This document shows, in pieces, positions 9,126-19,167 of a stretch of 64,000 bases of DNA (the first letter of the stretch is position 1; each line of letters opens with the position of its first letter). The translations under genes were made by a program, and so were the position numbers. Origin of the DNA: Candidatus Cloacimonadota bacterium (GTDB lineage: Bacteria > Cloacimonadota > Cloacimonadia > Cloacimonadales > WRIO01); NCBI GenBank assembly GCA_029564175.1, contig JAKQQL010000437.1:1-64000 (forward strand), written 5' to 3'. The notes under the pieces are model-generated. The model was given only the letters and a program-made list of their open reading frames with translations, was not told the DNA's origin and did not search any database.

Positions 9126-10247
9126 TTATATATCTTCATCAGGATCGACGATATTACTCATAAAGTGGCGATCATGACGATCAAAAATAATTACTGTAAT
9201 AATGGCTGCCACTAAAACAATCCAGCAGATAACTGCAACTAAAACATTATTGACCTGTTTTGAGAATATTGCACCTTGACCTGGTTTTGGCATAGGAACT
9301 GGATTGCGTTCCAGTTTATGGTCTTTTACCAGTTTCATCACATTATAGACATGAATCACCGGAATATTCTTTTTTGCAAAGAGCATCATCACACCAGGTT
9401 CTTTAAAATTCTTTTCAGCAAGATTTTTATTGATACCTGTAGGAATAATTTTTGCATTAACCAGACTGCCAACATTTCCAACACCAGCACCAATATTGAT
9501 AAATGCGGCGTACTGAATATCTTTAGGTAATTCATTCATATACGTATCATAACGTAACTGAATATTTTCTTTCATATTATTGCCAGACAGAGGATTAACT
9601 TGATTTCTAAGTATGGCACGCATTAAATTATCTCGACCTTCTGGGGGTAATCCACGTCCAATATCATTAGTTCCACCCAGAGTAGCATATTTAGATTTAA
9701 AACTGATTAGCTGATTATCAAACAAAGCCGTTTCCATATCAAGCCAGGTAAATAATTCTCTGTTAGCACCATAAGTAGATGAACCAGCTGAAACTACGAT
9801 AACCGGTTTTAGTTTAAGTGTTTCCATTGCCATATACAGGGCAAGATTTGCACCTGGATTAGCACCTGTAACACCAACTGCTACATAATCCCCTTCTTTT
9901 AAGTCACATTTTTTCAGCATATCAATCATAACTGCTGCAAAATTTGGATTTAATGTTGCAAGTCTTTCTGATAATGTGCCACGACTTGTGGTAATCGTTG
10001 AAACACTTGTACCGACTAAGCCCGTTTCATTGGGATCATTCAGTTTATCAATCGTATAACCTAATGATAATAATTCATCTTTCAGAACCTTCATCGCTGT
10101 GTCATTAGCTTCAGAAGCTAAAACTTTTTCTTTATAAAAATCCTGCTGTACTTCTTTTTTGCTGTATTGAGCAATATAAAATAATACAATGCTGAGTAAA
10201 CATAACCCGATTAAAGACCAGTTGTTTTTGAGTGATGGCTTATACAT
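9126..10247 (-). CDS. pgsW: Poly-gamma-glutamate system protein
   Basis: DPNETGLVG..ITTSRG, TLNPNFAA, GSSTYGAN motifs; N- and C-terminal TM; directly after pgsBC. Confidence 0.85.
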   Translation of the reverse strand: MYKPSLKNNWSLIGLCLLSIVLFYIAQYSKKEVQQDFYKEKVLASEANDTAMKVLKDELLSLGYTIDKLNDPNETGLVGTSVSTITTSRGTLSERLATLNPNFAAVMIDMLKKCDLKEGDYVAVGVTGANPGANLALYMAMETLKLKPVIVVSAGSSTYGANRELFTWLDMETALFDNQLISFKSKYATLGGTNDIGRGLPPEGRDNLMRAILRNQVNPLSGNNMKENIQLRYDTYMNELPKDIQYAAFINIGAGVGNVGSLVNAKIIPTGINKNLAEKNFKEPGVMMLFAKKNIPVIHVYNVMKLVKDHKLERNPVPMPKPGQGAIFSKQVNNVLVAVICWIVLVAAIITVIIFDRHDRHFMSNIVDPDEDI

Positions 10248-10692
10248 TAAAATTTACCTCCCCACCAGAAATGATAATCAATGTTATTCTGACTACCACT
10301 GCAGCAATCATCATAACGGTAAAGGTTTTGATAAATCCCTGTCTTTCAAACCAGTTAGCAATCAAACCAGGAATAATATAACCAATAGACTGTAATTTTA
10401 AATCAATCATCGTTGGTGTGAATAAGAAAAAACGGGTTAACCAGCCTAAGATAAACCCAATTAAAATACTTAATACCATTCTTCTTTTACCAAATAAAAG
10501 TGTAAAAGATCCAATAATTCGAATAATTCCCCAGGTAACAAGACTTACCAGTAAAGTACCCAAGATAAAACTTGGTTTATCCAGATACATAGCAATATAA
10601 CCTGGAACAACAATACCTCCGGCAGATGCCCCAAGTAATTCTGAGAAAATTAAACTTAGTATAACGCCTAAGCCTACAGCAGCTTCAATCAC
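10240..10692 (-). CDS. pgsC: Poly-gamma-glutamate biosynthesis membrane protein PgsC/CapC
   Basis: GASAGGIVVPGYIA, LFGKRR, IGYIIPGLIANWFERQG motifs; GTG start. Confidence 0.93.
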   Translation of the reverse strand: MIEAAVGLGVILSLIFSELLGASAGGIVVPGYIAMYLDKPSFILGTLLVSLVTWGIIRIIGSFTLLFGKRRMVLSILIGFILGWLTRFFLFTPTMIDLKLQSIGYIIPGLIANWFERQGFIKTFTVMMIAAVVVRITLIIISGGEVNFNV

Positions 10693-10701
10693 GCTTCCTC
10701 C

Positions 10702-11880
10702 TTAAATAATTCCATTTGATTTATCTTTAAAATATTTAACAATATGAGCACCATATTTATTTTTACCGGCAATATTACCGATTCCAATAATATGGCTTTC
10801 TTTTCCTGTGAGACTTAATATTTTCTTAAAAAGTTCTACAGGTGGGATTTCACCTATTGCCAGCACTTTTTCTTTTGGCAGATTCTGACTTAATGCATAC
10901 TGATACACTTTTTCAGGAATTTCACCGGTTAACAGTAAGTAATCATAGTTGATATTATGACAGATATCAACAAGTTGTTGGGATCTGAAATAACGATCTG
11001 CACGACTGTTTAAAACAACCATTTTGCATGCTTCATGATCAAGCTTATCAGTTACCAGTTTGTAAATAAATTCTGTTGACGACGGGTCATTAGCAGCAAA
11101 GACATTGTAAAATACGATCTGTTTACCATTGTCATTCACAAAATATTTTTTTAATGCACCTGGATCAGGGGTAGATGTCTGCATTCCTTTTAAAGCGACT
11201 TCCCTGTTTACACCCGCACGTTGACACACTGATAAGGAGAGTTGCACATTCTCTTTATGCTCTATATAAGGGAATCTTGCCATTTCCTCATCAGTCACAT
11301 CGACAGGTCGTATCTTATGAATTTCGCAATGACGATGTTTTGCAACATTTTGCATAATTTTATACTGTTCTTCTTCGGCTGTATAACAAACGCCATGCGA
11401 TGGGATAGTATTGGATAAACACATGGTAACACTTTGGACAGTTGAACCCATTAAATCCAGATGATCAGGACGTGCATTGGTAATTACGCCTATTGTTGAA
11501 CGAACAAATTTTCGTTCTGTTATCCATTGATAAGCAGGATTTACAGCCATACATTCTATGACGATAGCATCCGGTTTTTGACTGGCTGCATATCTAAAAA
11601 TATACTTCTGTTCGATAATGTTGGCACCCATTAAACGGATAATGGATGATTCCTTGCCATCAGGGAGTAAAACCCTGGGAAGTGTTCCTGTTGTCTTGCC
11701 AATTGTTTTTAATCCTCCGGCTCTTAATCCAGCTGCAATCAATCGGGTGACACTTGATTTTCCACGTGTTCCGTTAACATGAATTCGAACAGGTATGGCA
11801 TTCACATTACGCTGATGACGGTAAAATTCAATCAGCCAGTTTACAATCAAAACTAATGTTGCAATGATTAATACATACAT
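10702..11880 (-). CDS. pgsB: Poly-gamma-glutamate synthase PgsB/CapB (Mur ligase family)
   Basis: RIHVNGTRGKSSVTRLIAAGLR, KTTGT, IECMAVNP, DHLD, FAANDP. Confidence 0.95.
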   Translation of the reverse strand: MYVLIIATLVLIVNWLIEFYRHQRNVNAIPVRIHVNGTRGKSSVTRLIAAGLRAGGLKTIGKTTGTLPRVLLPDGKESSIIRLMGANIIEQKYIFRYAASQKPDAIVIECMAVNPAYQWITERKFVRSTIGVITNARPDHLDLMGSTVQSVTMCLSNTIPSHGVCYTAEEEQYKIMQNVAKHRHCEIHKIRPVDVTDEEMARFPYIEHKENVQLSLSVCQRAGVNREVALKGMQTSTPDPGALKKYFVNDNGKQIVFYNVFAANDPSSTEFIYKLVTDKLDHEACKMVVLNSRADRYFRSQQLVDICHNINYDYLLLTGEIPEKVYQYALSQNLPKEKVLAIGEIPPVELFKKILSLTGKESHIIGIGNIAGKNKYGAHIVKYFKDKSNGII

Positions 11881-12046
11881 TCCTGATCCCCGTTAATATT
11901 ATTTTTAAGTTTTATTATGCAAAAAATATTCCAAAAACTGGTCATTCCTCTTTTTATACATCCATTTTTCATTAATTTGTTATCCTGCTAAAAAACACTT
12001 GCAAGAATATCAAGCATTTAAAATAATGTCTTAAAGGAGATCAGAT

Positions 12047-12853
12047 ATGTATCAATTTAAAGCTCCGATAAAACATAAAAAAAATCTTGGCCAGCATTTC
12101 CTTCATGATGATAAAATTCTATCCGATATCGTTAATGAAGCCTATATCACTCCTCAGGATGATATTTGGGAAATAGGTCCCGGTACTGGGAAACTAACTG
12201 ATTTTCTGCTAGAAAAACAAGTTAAACCATCCTGTTTTGAGGTAGATAAAGACCTTTGGCCTGTTCTCAGAGAAAAATATCAGGACAAAATCAATTTGAT
12301 TGAAAAAGATGTATTAAAAGTAAAGTGGGAGGATCATTTCCCAAATAAACAAATCAAAATTGTTGCGAATCTCCCCTATCAAATCACATCTCCTTTTCTG
12401 TTTAAAGTCATTGAATACTGGAAGCATTTTGAACTTCTCGTTATCATGATTCAAAAAGAAGTAGCCTTAAGGATATGCAGTAAACCGGATAAAAAAGATT
12501 ATGGAATTCTGAGTTTAAAGATTCAATATTATTATCAATGCGAAATTCTCTTTGATGTGAGACCGGAGTCTTTTACGCCTCCTCCAAAGGTAATGTCTTC
12601 AGTTATTCGCTTAACACCCAGAAAAGATATCCCTGAAATTGATGATTTAAAGCTATTTTGGCGAATTATTGAAACCGCCTTTCATACTCGAAGAAAAATG
12701 CTGAAAAATAATTTCAAACTTTTTCAGTATAACATAGATTACGAAACAGTATGCGAAAACGCTCCTATTGATTTTAAACGGCGTGGAGAAACACTTAGTG
12801 AAGCTGATTTTATTGATTTGTATTACTATCTTAAGCCCCTTATTATACGCTGA
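12047..12853 (+). CDS. rsmA: 16S rRNA adenine dimethyltransferase RsmA/KsgA
   Basis: KKNLGQHFL, EIGPGTG, VANLPYQIT, MIQKEVA, FTPPPKV. Confidence 0.95.
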   Translation: MYQFKAPIKHKKNLGQHFLHDDKILSDIVNEAYITPQDDIWEIGPGTGKLTDFLLEKQVKPSCFEVDKDLWPVLREKYQDKINLIEKDVLKVKWEDHFPNKQIKIVANLPYQITSPFLFKVIEYWKHFELLVIMIQKEVALRICSKPDKKDYGILSLKIQYYYQCEILFDVRPESFTPPPKVMSSVIRLTPRKDIPEIDDLKLFWRIIETAFHTRRKMLKNNFKLFQYNIDYETVCENAPIDFKRRGETLSEADFIDLYYYLKPLIIR

Positions 12854-14480
12854 GCTTCTAGTCCAGTCTTCTTTTCTGAATTTTAATCATTACAATACAC
12901 TTGTTACAAGCTTATCTTACACAAATGAGTTTGATAATAACTATTTTTTAGATTATCGGGCTGATTTTGAAAATAGTGCTAATAACTACTTTGAAAGAAG
13001 CAACAAAAAATCTGCGTTAAAATGGTCTTTATTTAAAGATAATCATTATATTCCACTTTATCTGGATTATTCCTATCTGTATTCTGAAAATCAAGGATTA
13101 CCAGAAGATACAATCTCAGTTATTGACAGACAAACACAAACTGTAAGCCTTAGGATTGATAAAAAATTCTGGCATATATTTTCATTCAAACAACAGATAG
13201 CAGCCTCGAAAATCAATTCTGTCAACAATGAATACTCAGGAAATCTCTATGAAAGCATTTTCAGTATGAGATATACCAATGATAAGTGGAGAATTGATAA
13301 CAGTTTTCAATACTACTTAAACCATGTTTTTCTTGATAAAAAGAAAAATCATTTGAGTAAACTATACGTCAGCTATCAGAAAGACAAAAAATACATAGAA
13401 ATAGATCTAAGCTTAAATCATACATCCCAGGATTTATATAATTATCAGGTTATCAGTGATTATACAAACAGAATGGATTACAATGACCATATCAAATTCC
13501 AAATACCTTTGATGAACCAGTTTAACTGGTCTTTTTTACATACAGGTAATTTTAGAAAAAATGCCTATAATGTTAACAAGCAGAAAAACAACTGGTCATT
13601 TGATCAATTAATAGATTCTTCTTTAAATCATCAAAACAGTATGTATTCTCTAAATATCGGTGTAAAAAATGGATTAAAAAAGAGATATCTTAAAATTGAA
13701 AACCAGGACAGAAAAAGCATTGATAGGAGCTTATATTCCAACATTCAGTTTAATCAAAATATGGTTGACTCTTTAAGTCTTGATTTGTCTGTTCTACTTA
13801 CTCAGAATTTTCACTCATCTCCTTATCAGATACTTGATAATGACAGGCAAATTCAAATTGGTACACTGATCCTTCAGGAACAAATCAACAGTAATATTGG
13901 CATTAAAAATCTATTTTCATACCAACGTAACCATGAAGTCTTTATTGATAAAACCTTATCAAGCAATAATAACAGAAAATCTACCTATATATTTCAACCG
14001 GAGTTAGTCACTCAAATTACAAATAAATTACAATTTTACAACAAGTTCCAACTACGCGCCACATACGAAAATTATATCTGGAATGATTTTTTATCTGACC
14101 GCTTTTATCGAAAACTCACATCAGAATATGGATTGAATGTTATCAATCTGAATCGTAACAAAAATTCTCGTCTTCAGGTAAGTTACTGTTATGAAACAAA
14201 TGAAACAGCCGATAAAAAGGCAGGGTTGTGGTATCGTAACAATCAAAATATTATACGTATTTATGCCGCAAGATTCAGGATGATTCATCAAACACTTGAT
14301 TACAGAATTGAACCTCAGATAAAATATCATTACCAATCCTATGAAGCTGATATTCTGTTTGATGCTAACTGGCATTTCGCAAAAGACTCCTCTTTAAGAA
14401 TCTCTGTCAATCCAATCGGCAAAACATTTAATCAGTTTATTTGGAAAGCTTCAATCAACTTTGAGTATTCTTATTTTTAA
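12798..14480 (+). CDS. Putative outer-membrane beta-barrel protein
   Basis: GTG 12798 after GGAG gives signal peptide VKLILLICITILSPLLYA; ends INFEYSYF. ORF track starts at 12768. Confidence 0.6.
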   Translation: MKLILLICITILSPLLYAELLVQSSFLNFNHYNTLVTSLSYTNEFDNNYFLDYRADFENSANNYFERSNKKSALKWSLFKDNHYIPLYLDYSYLYSENQGLPEDTISVIDRQTQTVSLRIDKKFWHIFSFKQQIAASKINSVNNEYSGNLYESIFSMRYTNDKWRIDNSFQYYLNHVFLDKKKNHLSKLYVSYQKDKKYIEIDLSLNHTSQDLYNYQVISDYTNRMDYNDHIKFQIPLMNQFNWSFLHTGNFRKNAYNVNKQKNNWSFDQLIDSSLNHQNSMYSLNIGVKNGLKKRYLKIENQDRKSIDRSLYSNIQFNQNMVDSLSLDLSVLLTQNFHSSPYQILDNDRQIQIGTLILQEQINSNIGIKNLFSYQRNHEVFIDKTLSSNNNRKSTYIFQPELVTQITNKLQFYNKFQLRATYENYIWNDFLSDRFYRKLTSEYGLNVINLNRNKNSRLQVSYCYETNETADKKAGLWYRNNQNIIRIYAARFRMIHQTLDYRIEPQIKYHYQSYEADILFDANWHFAKDSSLRISVNPIGKTFNQFIWKASINFEYSYF

Positions 14481-14583
14481 AATTGAAGTTTTAATGCTTG
14501 TTGCGACAAATATGTATATGTCTAAATAACAGCACGTTAATTTACTTAATTATGATTTTTTTCATTTTATTTCTCTTTTTTTA

Positions 14584-14612
14584 TTGACTATTCTATTATT
14601 CCTGATTATCAT
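14584..14612 (+). promoter_or_regulatory. sigma70-type promoter for iorAB
   Basis: TTGACT-17 nt-TATCAT upstream of AAGGAG RBS. Confidence 0.55.
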
Positions 14613-14636
14613 ATTAAAAATGATAAAGGAGAGATT

Positions 14637-16520
14637 ATGAAAGATATTGGGAAAAAGCTGATTTCAGAAAATTCTTTTTCTGCTGTTATGATGGGAAATC
14701 ATGCATTGGTAAGAGCTTTTATTGAATCAGGAGTAAGGGTACTCACTTCATATCCCGGTTCACCCACACCGGAGATTACCGAAGCACTCAATACATTGCC
14801 AAAAGAAGAGAATCCAATTTATTTTGAATTCTCAGTAAATGAGAAAGTGGCAACCGAAGTTGCTTTTGGTGCGTCAATAAATGGCAACCTTTCATGTGTA
14901 TTCTTTAAAAGTGTTGGCTTAAATGTTGCAGCTGATTCTTTTGTTCAACTCTCTTTAATGGAACTTATTGGTGGTATGGTGATTATTCTGGGAGATGATC
15001 CAGGAGCAAACTCGTCACAGAATGAACAAGATAACAGGCATTTTGCACTCATGTCTTACATACCCGTCTTTGAACCAGATAGTCCGTCAGAAGCCTATGC
15101 AATGTTTAAAGAGGCTGCAAAACTATCTCAGGAAAACCGTATGCCAGTTATTCTACGGCTGTCAACACACATCTGTCATGCAAAAGAAAGAATTGATTTT
15201 GAATCATATCAAAAAAATACCTTAGCCTATAAAACTGAATTTAATCCTGACAATGGGCCATATATCCCCATAACCAGTCTGGTTTTCCCTCTTAAACGTA
15301 AAGCGCTTCAAAAACTGACATCCGTAAAAAAATATTCTGAAAATAATCCATTTAACAAGATTATAAATCATTTTAACAATCAGAGAGGTATCATCTGTTC
15401 TGGATTAACTTACCTATCTCTAATGGACATAATGCCAGATTTAAATCAAAAACCTGATGTCTTAAAAATGGGACTCTGCTATCCAATTCCTGAATCACTT
15501 ATTATAGATTTTCTGAATAAGCATCAGGAAGTAAAAATCCTAGAAGAACTGGATGATATTTATGAAACTCAGATAAAAGCGATAGCGTATGATCATCAGT
15601 TAAAAGTCAGAATTATTGGAAAAAATGATTTAACAGATTGGGAAAACGAATATACACCTGATAAAGTACTTGAAATCTTAACTAAAACATGGCCAGATAT
15701 TTCTCATCCAAAAGCTGACTTAGAGTCTCAAGAAAAAGATCTATGGCCTGTTAAAGACAGACCTGCTCAATTATGCCCTGGTTGTGGTCACAGATCAGCA
15801 TTTTATGCTATAAAAAAGGCTTTGAATGAAAATGACATCAGTGTAGCAGATATTGGTTGCCATACATTGGGATTTCTACCTCCTTATCAAATCGGCCAGG
15901 TTCTTCTGTGTATGGGGCATTCAAATGGCACAGCTGCAGGTTTGAGTCTGTTTAATACTCAGAGGAAGGTGATTTCATTTTTAGGTGATTCCACTTTCTT
16001 TCATGCCGGCATTCCCGGTATTATCAATGCCATTTTCAATAAACATAAACATACACTCATCATTATGGAAAACGGAACAACTGCGATGACTGGTCATCAG
16101 GAACATCCGGCAACCGGTAAAAATTTCAATGAGATTACAGAAAAAATACCGCTCAGGCAAGTACTTGAAGGACTTGGTGTCACTCATATATGGGAAGTTG
16201 ATACTTATCAACAGGATAAACTGACTTTGGCGGTAAAAGAAGCACTGTCTGAAGACATGTTTAATGTCGTCATTGCAAAACATCCTTGTATGTTGAAATT
16301 TACACGTGAACTGAGAAGAAAAGGAAATTCCACTCCTAAGCCGGTTAAAATTGGAACTAAATGCAATTTATCATACAAATGCCTTTCAGAATTTGCCTGC
16401 CCAAGTTATCAGATTAAAGAAAATGGAGAGGTATGGGTACAAACAGACTTGTGTATTGGTGATGGATCATGTAAACAAACCTGCCCAAGTCTGGCTATTG
16501 AAAGTCAAATAAAGGAGTAA
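14637..16520 (+). CDS. iorA: Indolepyruvate:ferredoxin oxidoreductase alpha subunit
   Basis: YPGSPTPEI, NEKVATEVA, DDPGANSSQNEQDNR, LCPGCGHR, GDSTFFHAG, C-terminal ferredoxin. Confidence 0.92.
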   Translation: MKDIGKKLISENSFSAVMMGNHALVRAFIESGVRVLTSYPGSPTPEITEALNTLPKEENPIYFEFSVNEKVATEVAFGASINGNLSCVFFKSVGLNVAADSFVQLSLMELIGGMVIILGDDPGANSSQNEQDNRHFALMSYIPVFEPDSPSEAYAMFKEAAKLSQENRMPVILRLSTHICHAKERIDFESYQKNTLAYKTEFNPDNGPYIPITSLVFPLKRKALQKLTSVKKYSENNPFNKIINHFNNQRGIICSGLTYLSLMDIMPDLNQKPDVLKMGLCYPIPESLIIDFLNKHQEVKILEELDDIYETQIKAIAYDHQLKVRIIGKNDLTDWENEYTPDKVLEILTKTWPDISHPKADLESQEKDLWPVKDRPAQLCPGCGHRSAFYAIKKALNENDISVADIGCHTLGFLPPYQIGQVLLCMGHSNGTAAGLSLFNTQRKVISFLGDSTFFHAGIPGIINAIFNKHKHTLIIMENGTTAMTGHQEHPATGKNFNEITEKIPLRQVLEGLGVTHIWEVDTYQQDKLTLAVKEALSEDMFNVVIAKHPCMLKFTRELRRKGNSTPKPVKIGTKCNLSYKCLSEFACPSYQIKENGEVWVQTDLCIGDGSCKQTCPSLAIESQIKE

Positions 16521-16522
16521 CA

Positions 16523-17107
16523 ATGCAATCATTTAATATATTTCTGATCGGCGTAGGGGGACAGGGAATCGGACTTCTCAGTGAAACAATTATGAAAGCA
16601 ATTGATTTGGCAGAATATAAAGTTAAAGGAGTCGATACCCACGGTTTAGCTCAAAGAGGCGGAACTGTTAGTTCTCATATCCGAATGGGAGATCAGGTTT
16701 TCTCCCCTTTAAACAGAACAAAAAATGTGGATTTAATCATTGCGCTTGAACGACATGAAGCTCTCAGAGGTATCAATCTCTTTGCACGTCAGCAAAGTAC
16801 ACTAGTTTATTACGATGCTGTCTGGCAACCGCTTAATGTACGCCTCAGAAAAGAGAAACAGATAGAGATTAGTCAAATCAGTGATAGCTGTCAACAAAAA
16901 CAAATCAAAGAATATCGCATTTTTGTAGAAAATCTCATCGATTCCAGAATGCAAAATGTAGCACTTTTAGCATGCATATCAAAATATAATTTGATTCCAG
17001 GTATATCTAAAGAACATTATATTAATGCTTTATCAGATATTATGCAGGAAAATGTCTTAAATAAAAATCTGGAACTATTTGAAAATTTGATCAATAAATC
17101 GATTTAA
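16523..17107 (+). CDS. iorB: Indolepyruvate:ferredoxin oxidoreductase beta subunit
   Basis: GVGGQG, HGLAQRGGTVSSHIRMG; adjacent to iorA. Confidence 0.9.
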   Translation: MQSFNIFLIGVGGQGIGLLSETIMKAIDLAEYKVKGVDTHGLAQRGGTVSSHIRMGDQVFSPLNRTKNVDLIIALERHEALRGINLFARQQSTLVYYDAVWQPLNVRLRKEKQIEISQISDSCQQKQIKEYRIFVENLIDSRMQNVALLACISKYNLIPGISKEHYINALSDIMQENVLNKNLELFENLINKSI

Positions 17108-17123
17108 ATATCATCGAACAATC

Positions 17124-17155
17124 AAAAAAGCCCGTCTTTTCAGAACGGGCTTTCT
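17124..17155. terminator. Bidirectional intrinsic terminator
   Basis: AAAAAAGCCCGT...ACGGGCTTTCT between convergent genes. Confidence 0.8.
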
Positions 17156-17170
17156 AATTATTGTAGCATA

Positions 17171-18460
17171 CTAAAGCTGATAAGATCCTGCATTTTGTAT
17201 GACATTATTATACTGACTCAGGTCTTCATTATCATCTTCAGAATTAGAATCATGACTTTCAACAGAGCCCTCATTATATCGAATTTTCTCCTGGATTATA
17301 CTGCAAATATCTGAAGAGGATTCTATCGATCCATAGTTATCAAGAACAGAAAACTTCTGATCAATCAACTCAAGGGGACAATCATCTGTTAACTTTAACT
17401 CACCAAAAACAATATAAACACTTTGATCTTTTATGATTTTGCAACGTGTTGCACTGATTTTCTGAGAGCCATTGATAAACACTGTTTTTTCAATATCATA
17501 AGGCACGCCTTCAGTGTTTTCATTTAAATACTGAAGCATGGTTTGATTAAGTGTATTGGGAAAGTAAATACGTTTTGCTGAAGAGAAAATGATCTTTTTT
17601 TCATTTAATAAATCGTTACTAATATTTTCAGCGAGTATGATTATACCATCTGAGCTAATTTCAGCTTTTTTGACATTCATCAGGTTAAAAGCATCCAGCT
17701 TTGTACCTGCTTTCAGATAGTGGCAATTTCTCTTCAGAATAACAAGTTTAGAAGATAAATTTTCTTTGAATTTGTATTGTGCTGGCTTAATACCAATGTT
17801 GATTTCGGTAGTAACCGCATCAGTATTTTCATATATTTTCTTTAAGATATATTCCTTTTGATCATCATAAATTGAGAGCTTACGTCCGATTTCTATTTGT
17901 TTAATCTTTTGGTCAAAGACCTTTAAATTGACATCTTCATCCAGTTCTAAAGTTCCTGAACATTTGATTATACTATTATCTTCCATATTTTTAAGAAAAT
18001 ACTGATCAATCCTGATATGACCTTTCAAGATAAATTCTTCTGCTTTTAACACATCAATCGGTCCTACTGAATCATGCATTTTACTCATCATAATGCCTGA
18101 TACTTGTTCGTAAACCTGAACAGGTCCAATCACATTCAACCATTCGATTTTTTCTTCCATTAATTCTGGGCTAATATCACGACTAAAAGACACTGGTCCT
18201 ACAATAGCCATTTTGATTGCCTTTGGTGCTGATTCAAGCAGTTCTTTTGTAAATTCAAAGGGTCCCACATGTAGTTTTACATCTTTATCCATTTCCATAG
18301 TTGAGCCGATATTTTCCATTTCAATTTTCATAAAAAATGGTCTGTTATCTTTACTTACAATTAAAGAACCCACATTTTTAATCTTTTTTATTTGTTCGAT
18401 TACTTCTTTACTGGCATTTCTTGCATCCAGTGATCCGATATTGCGTACTAAAGTAGCCAT
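17171..18460 (-). CDS. Soluble hypothetical protein with short internal repeats, downstream of ECF sigma
   Basis: Recurrent NIGS/NVGS and VGP/IGP motifs; no TM; ATG 18460 after GGAGG. Confidence 0.75.
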   Translation of the reverse strand: MATLVRNIGSLDARNASKEVIEQIKKIKNVGSLIVSKDNRPFFMKIEMENIGSTMEMDKDVKLHVGPFEFTKELLESAPKAIKMAIVGPVSFSRDISPELMEEKIEWLNVIGPVQVYEQVSGIMMSKMHDSVGPIDVLKAEEFILKGHIRIDQYFLKNMEDNSIIKCSGTLELDEDVNLKVFDQKIKQIEIGRKLSIYDDQKEYILKKIYENTDAVTTEINIGIKPAQYKFKENLSSKLVILKRNCHYLKAGTKLDAFNLMNVKKAEISSDGIIILAENISNDLLNEKKIIFSSAKRIYFPNTLNQTMLQYLNENTEGVPYDIEKTVFINGSQKISATRCKIIKDQSVYIVFGELKLTDDCPLELIDQKFSVLDNYGSIESSSDICSIIQEKIRYNEGSVESHDSNSEDDNEDLSQYNNVIQNAGSYQL

Positions 18461-18462
18461 TT

Positions 18463-18936
18463 TTACCTCCACTTTCTTTCAACATTATTTTTTAGTGTTT
18501 TTAATCCGTTACTCAGATGCCATCTGACAGTGCTGTCTGAGATTTTTAATCTAGATCCGATTTCCTTACTGTTTAGTCCATCCCAAAAGCGAAGTCTGAT
18601 AATTTCTCTTTCTTTCTCTGGTAAAACAGTCAGATAGGGTTCCCAGTTAATAATCTCTTTTACTTCCTGAGGGCTGTAGAATTCTTTTTCTTCCAGTTTT
18701 AATTTTTCTCTTTTATTTTGCCGGCAAATGTCATAAAAGCGATTTTTTAAAACTGAGAACAACCAGCTCCTTTGTTTGTTGGATGGTAGAGAGGCTAACA
18801 TAAAAGAATAACTTAACGACTTTAACCAGGTATCTTGAATCAAATCTTCTGCAAGCGCTTCAGAATGAGTTAAGCTTATGGCAAAGCCCATCAAAGCGTC
18901 TTCATGTTCATTGATAATTTCCTCTATGTCTTTCAT
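18463..18936 (-). CDS. ECF-family RNA polymerase sigma factor
   Basis: AEDLIQDTW, SWLFSVLKNRFYD, region 4 KEIGSRLKISDSTVRWHL. Confidence 0.9.
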   Translation of the reverse strand: MKDIEEIINEHEDALMGFAISLTHSEALAEDLIQDTWLKSLSYSFMLASLPSNKQRSWLFSVLKNRFYDICRQNKREKLKLEEKEFYSPQEVKEIINWEPYLTVLPEKEREIIRLRFWDGLNSKEIGSRLKISDSTVRWHLSNGLKTLKNNVERKWR

Positions 18937-18971
18937 TATTCCTCCGTATGTTAACTGCCATCTGTATAACT

Positions 18972-18998
18972 AACGAACCCTGAATACAAAGTGTTGGC
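18972..18998 (-). promoter_or_regulatory. Candidate autoregulatory ECF promoter
   Basis: Minus strand CCAAC-17 nt-CGTT, the AAC/CGT ECF pattern, about 35 nt before the ECF start. Confidence 0.45.
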
Positions 18999-19167
18999 AA
19001 AATTTTATTTTTTTTCATACAAGCAGTCAAGTACATTTTTTATCTTTTTCATTGTTTTAAAAAAAAGATACCCGTAATCATTTTATTTCTTGACAATATT
19101 TGGTCTCTGAATTTTCAGTATAACATTGTTCTACTTTATAGGATGTCATCTATTAAAGGAGGTGATA

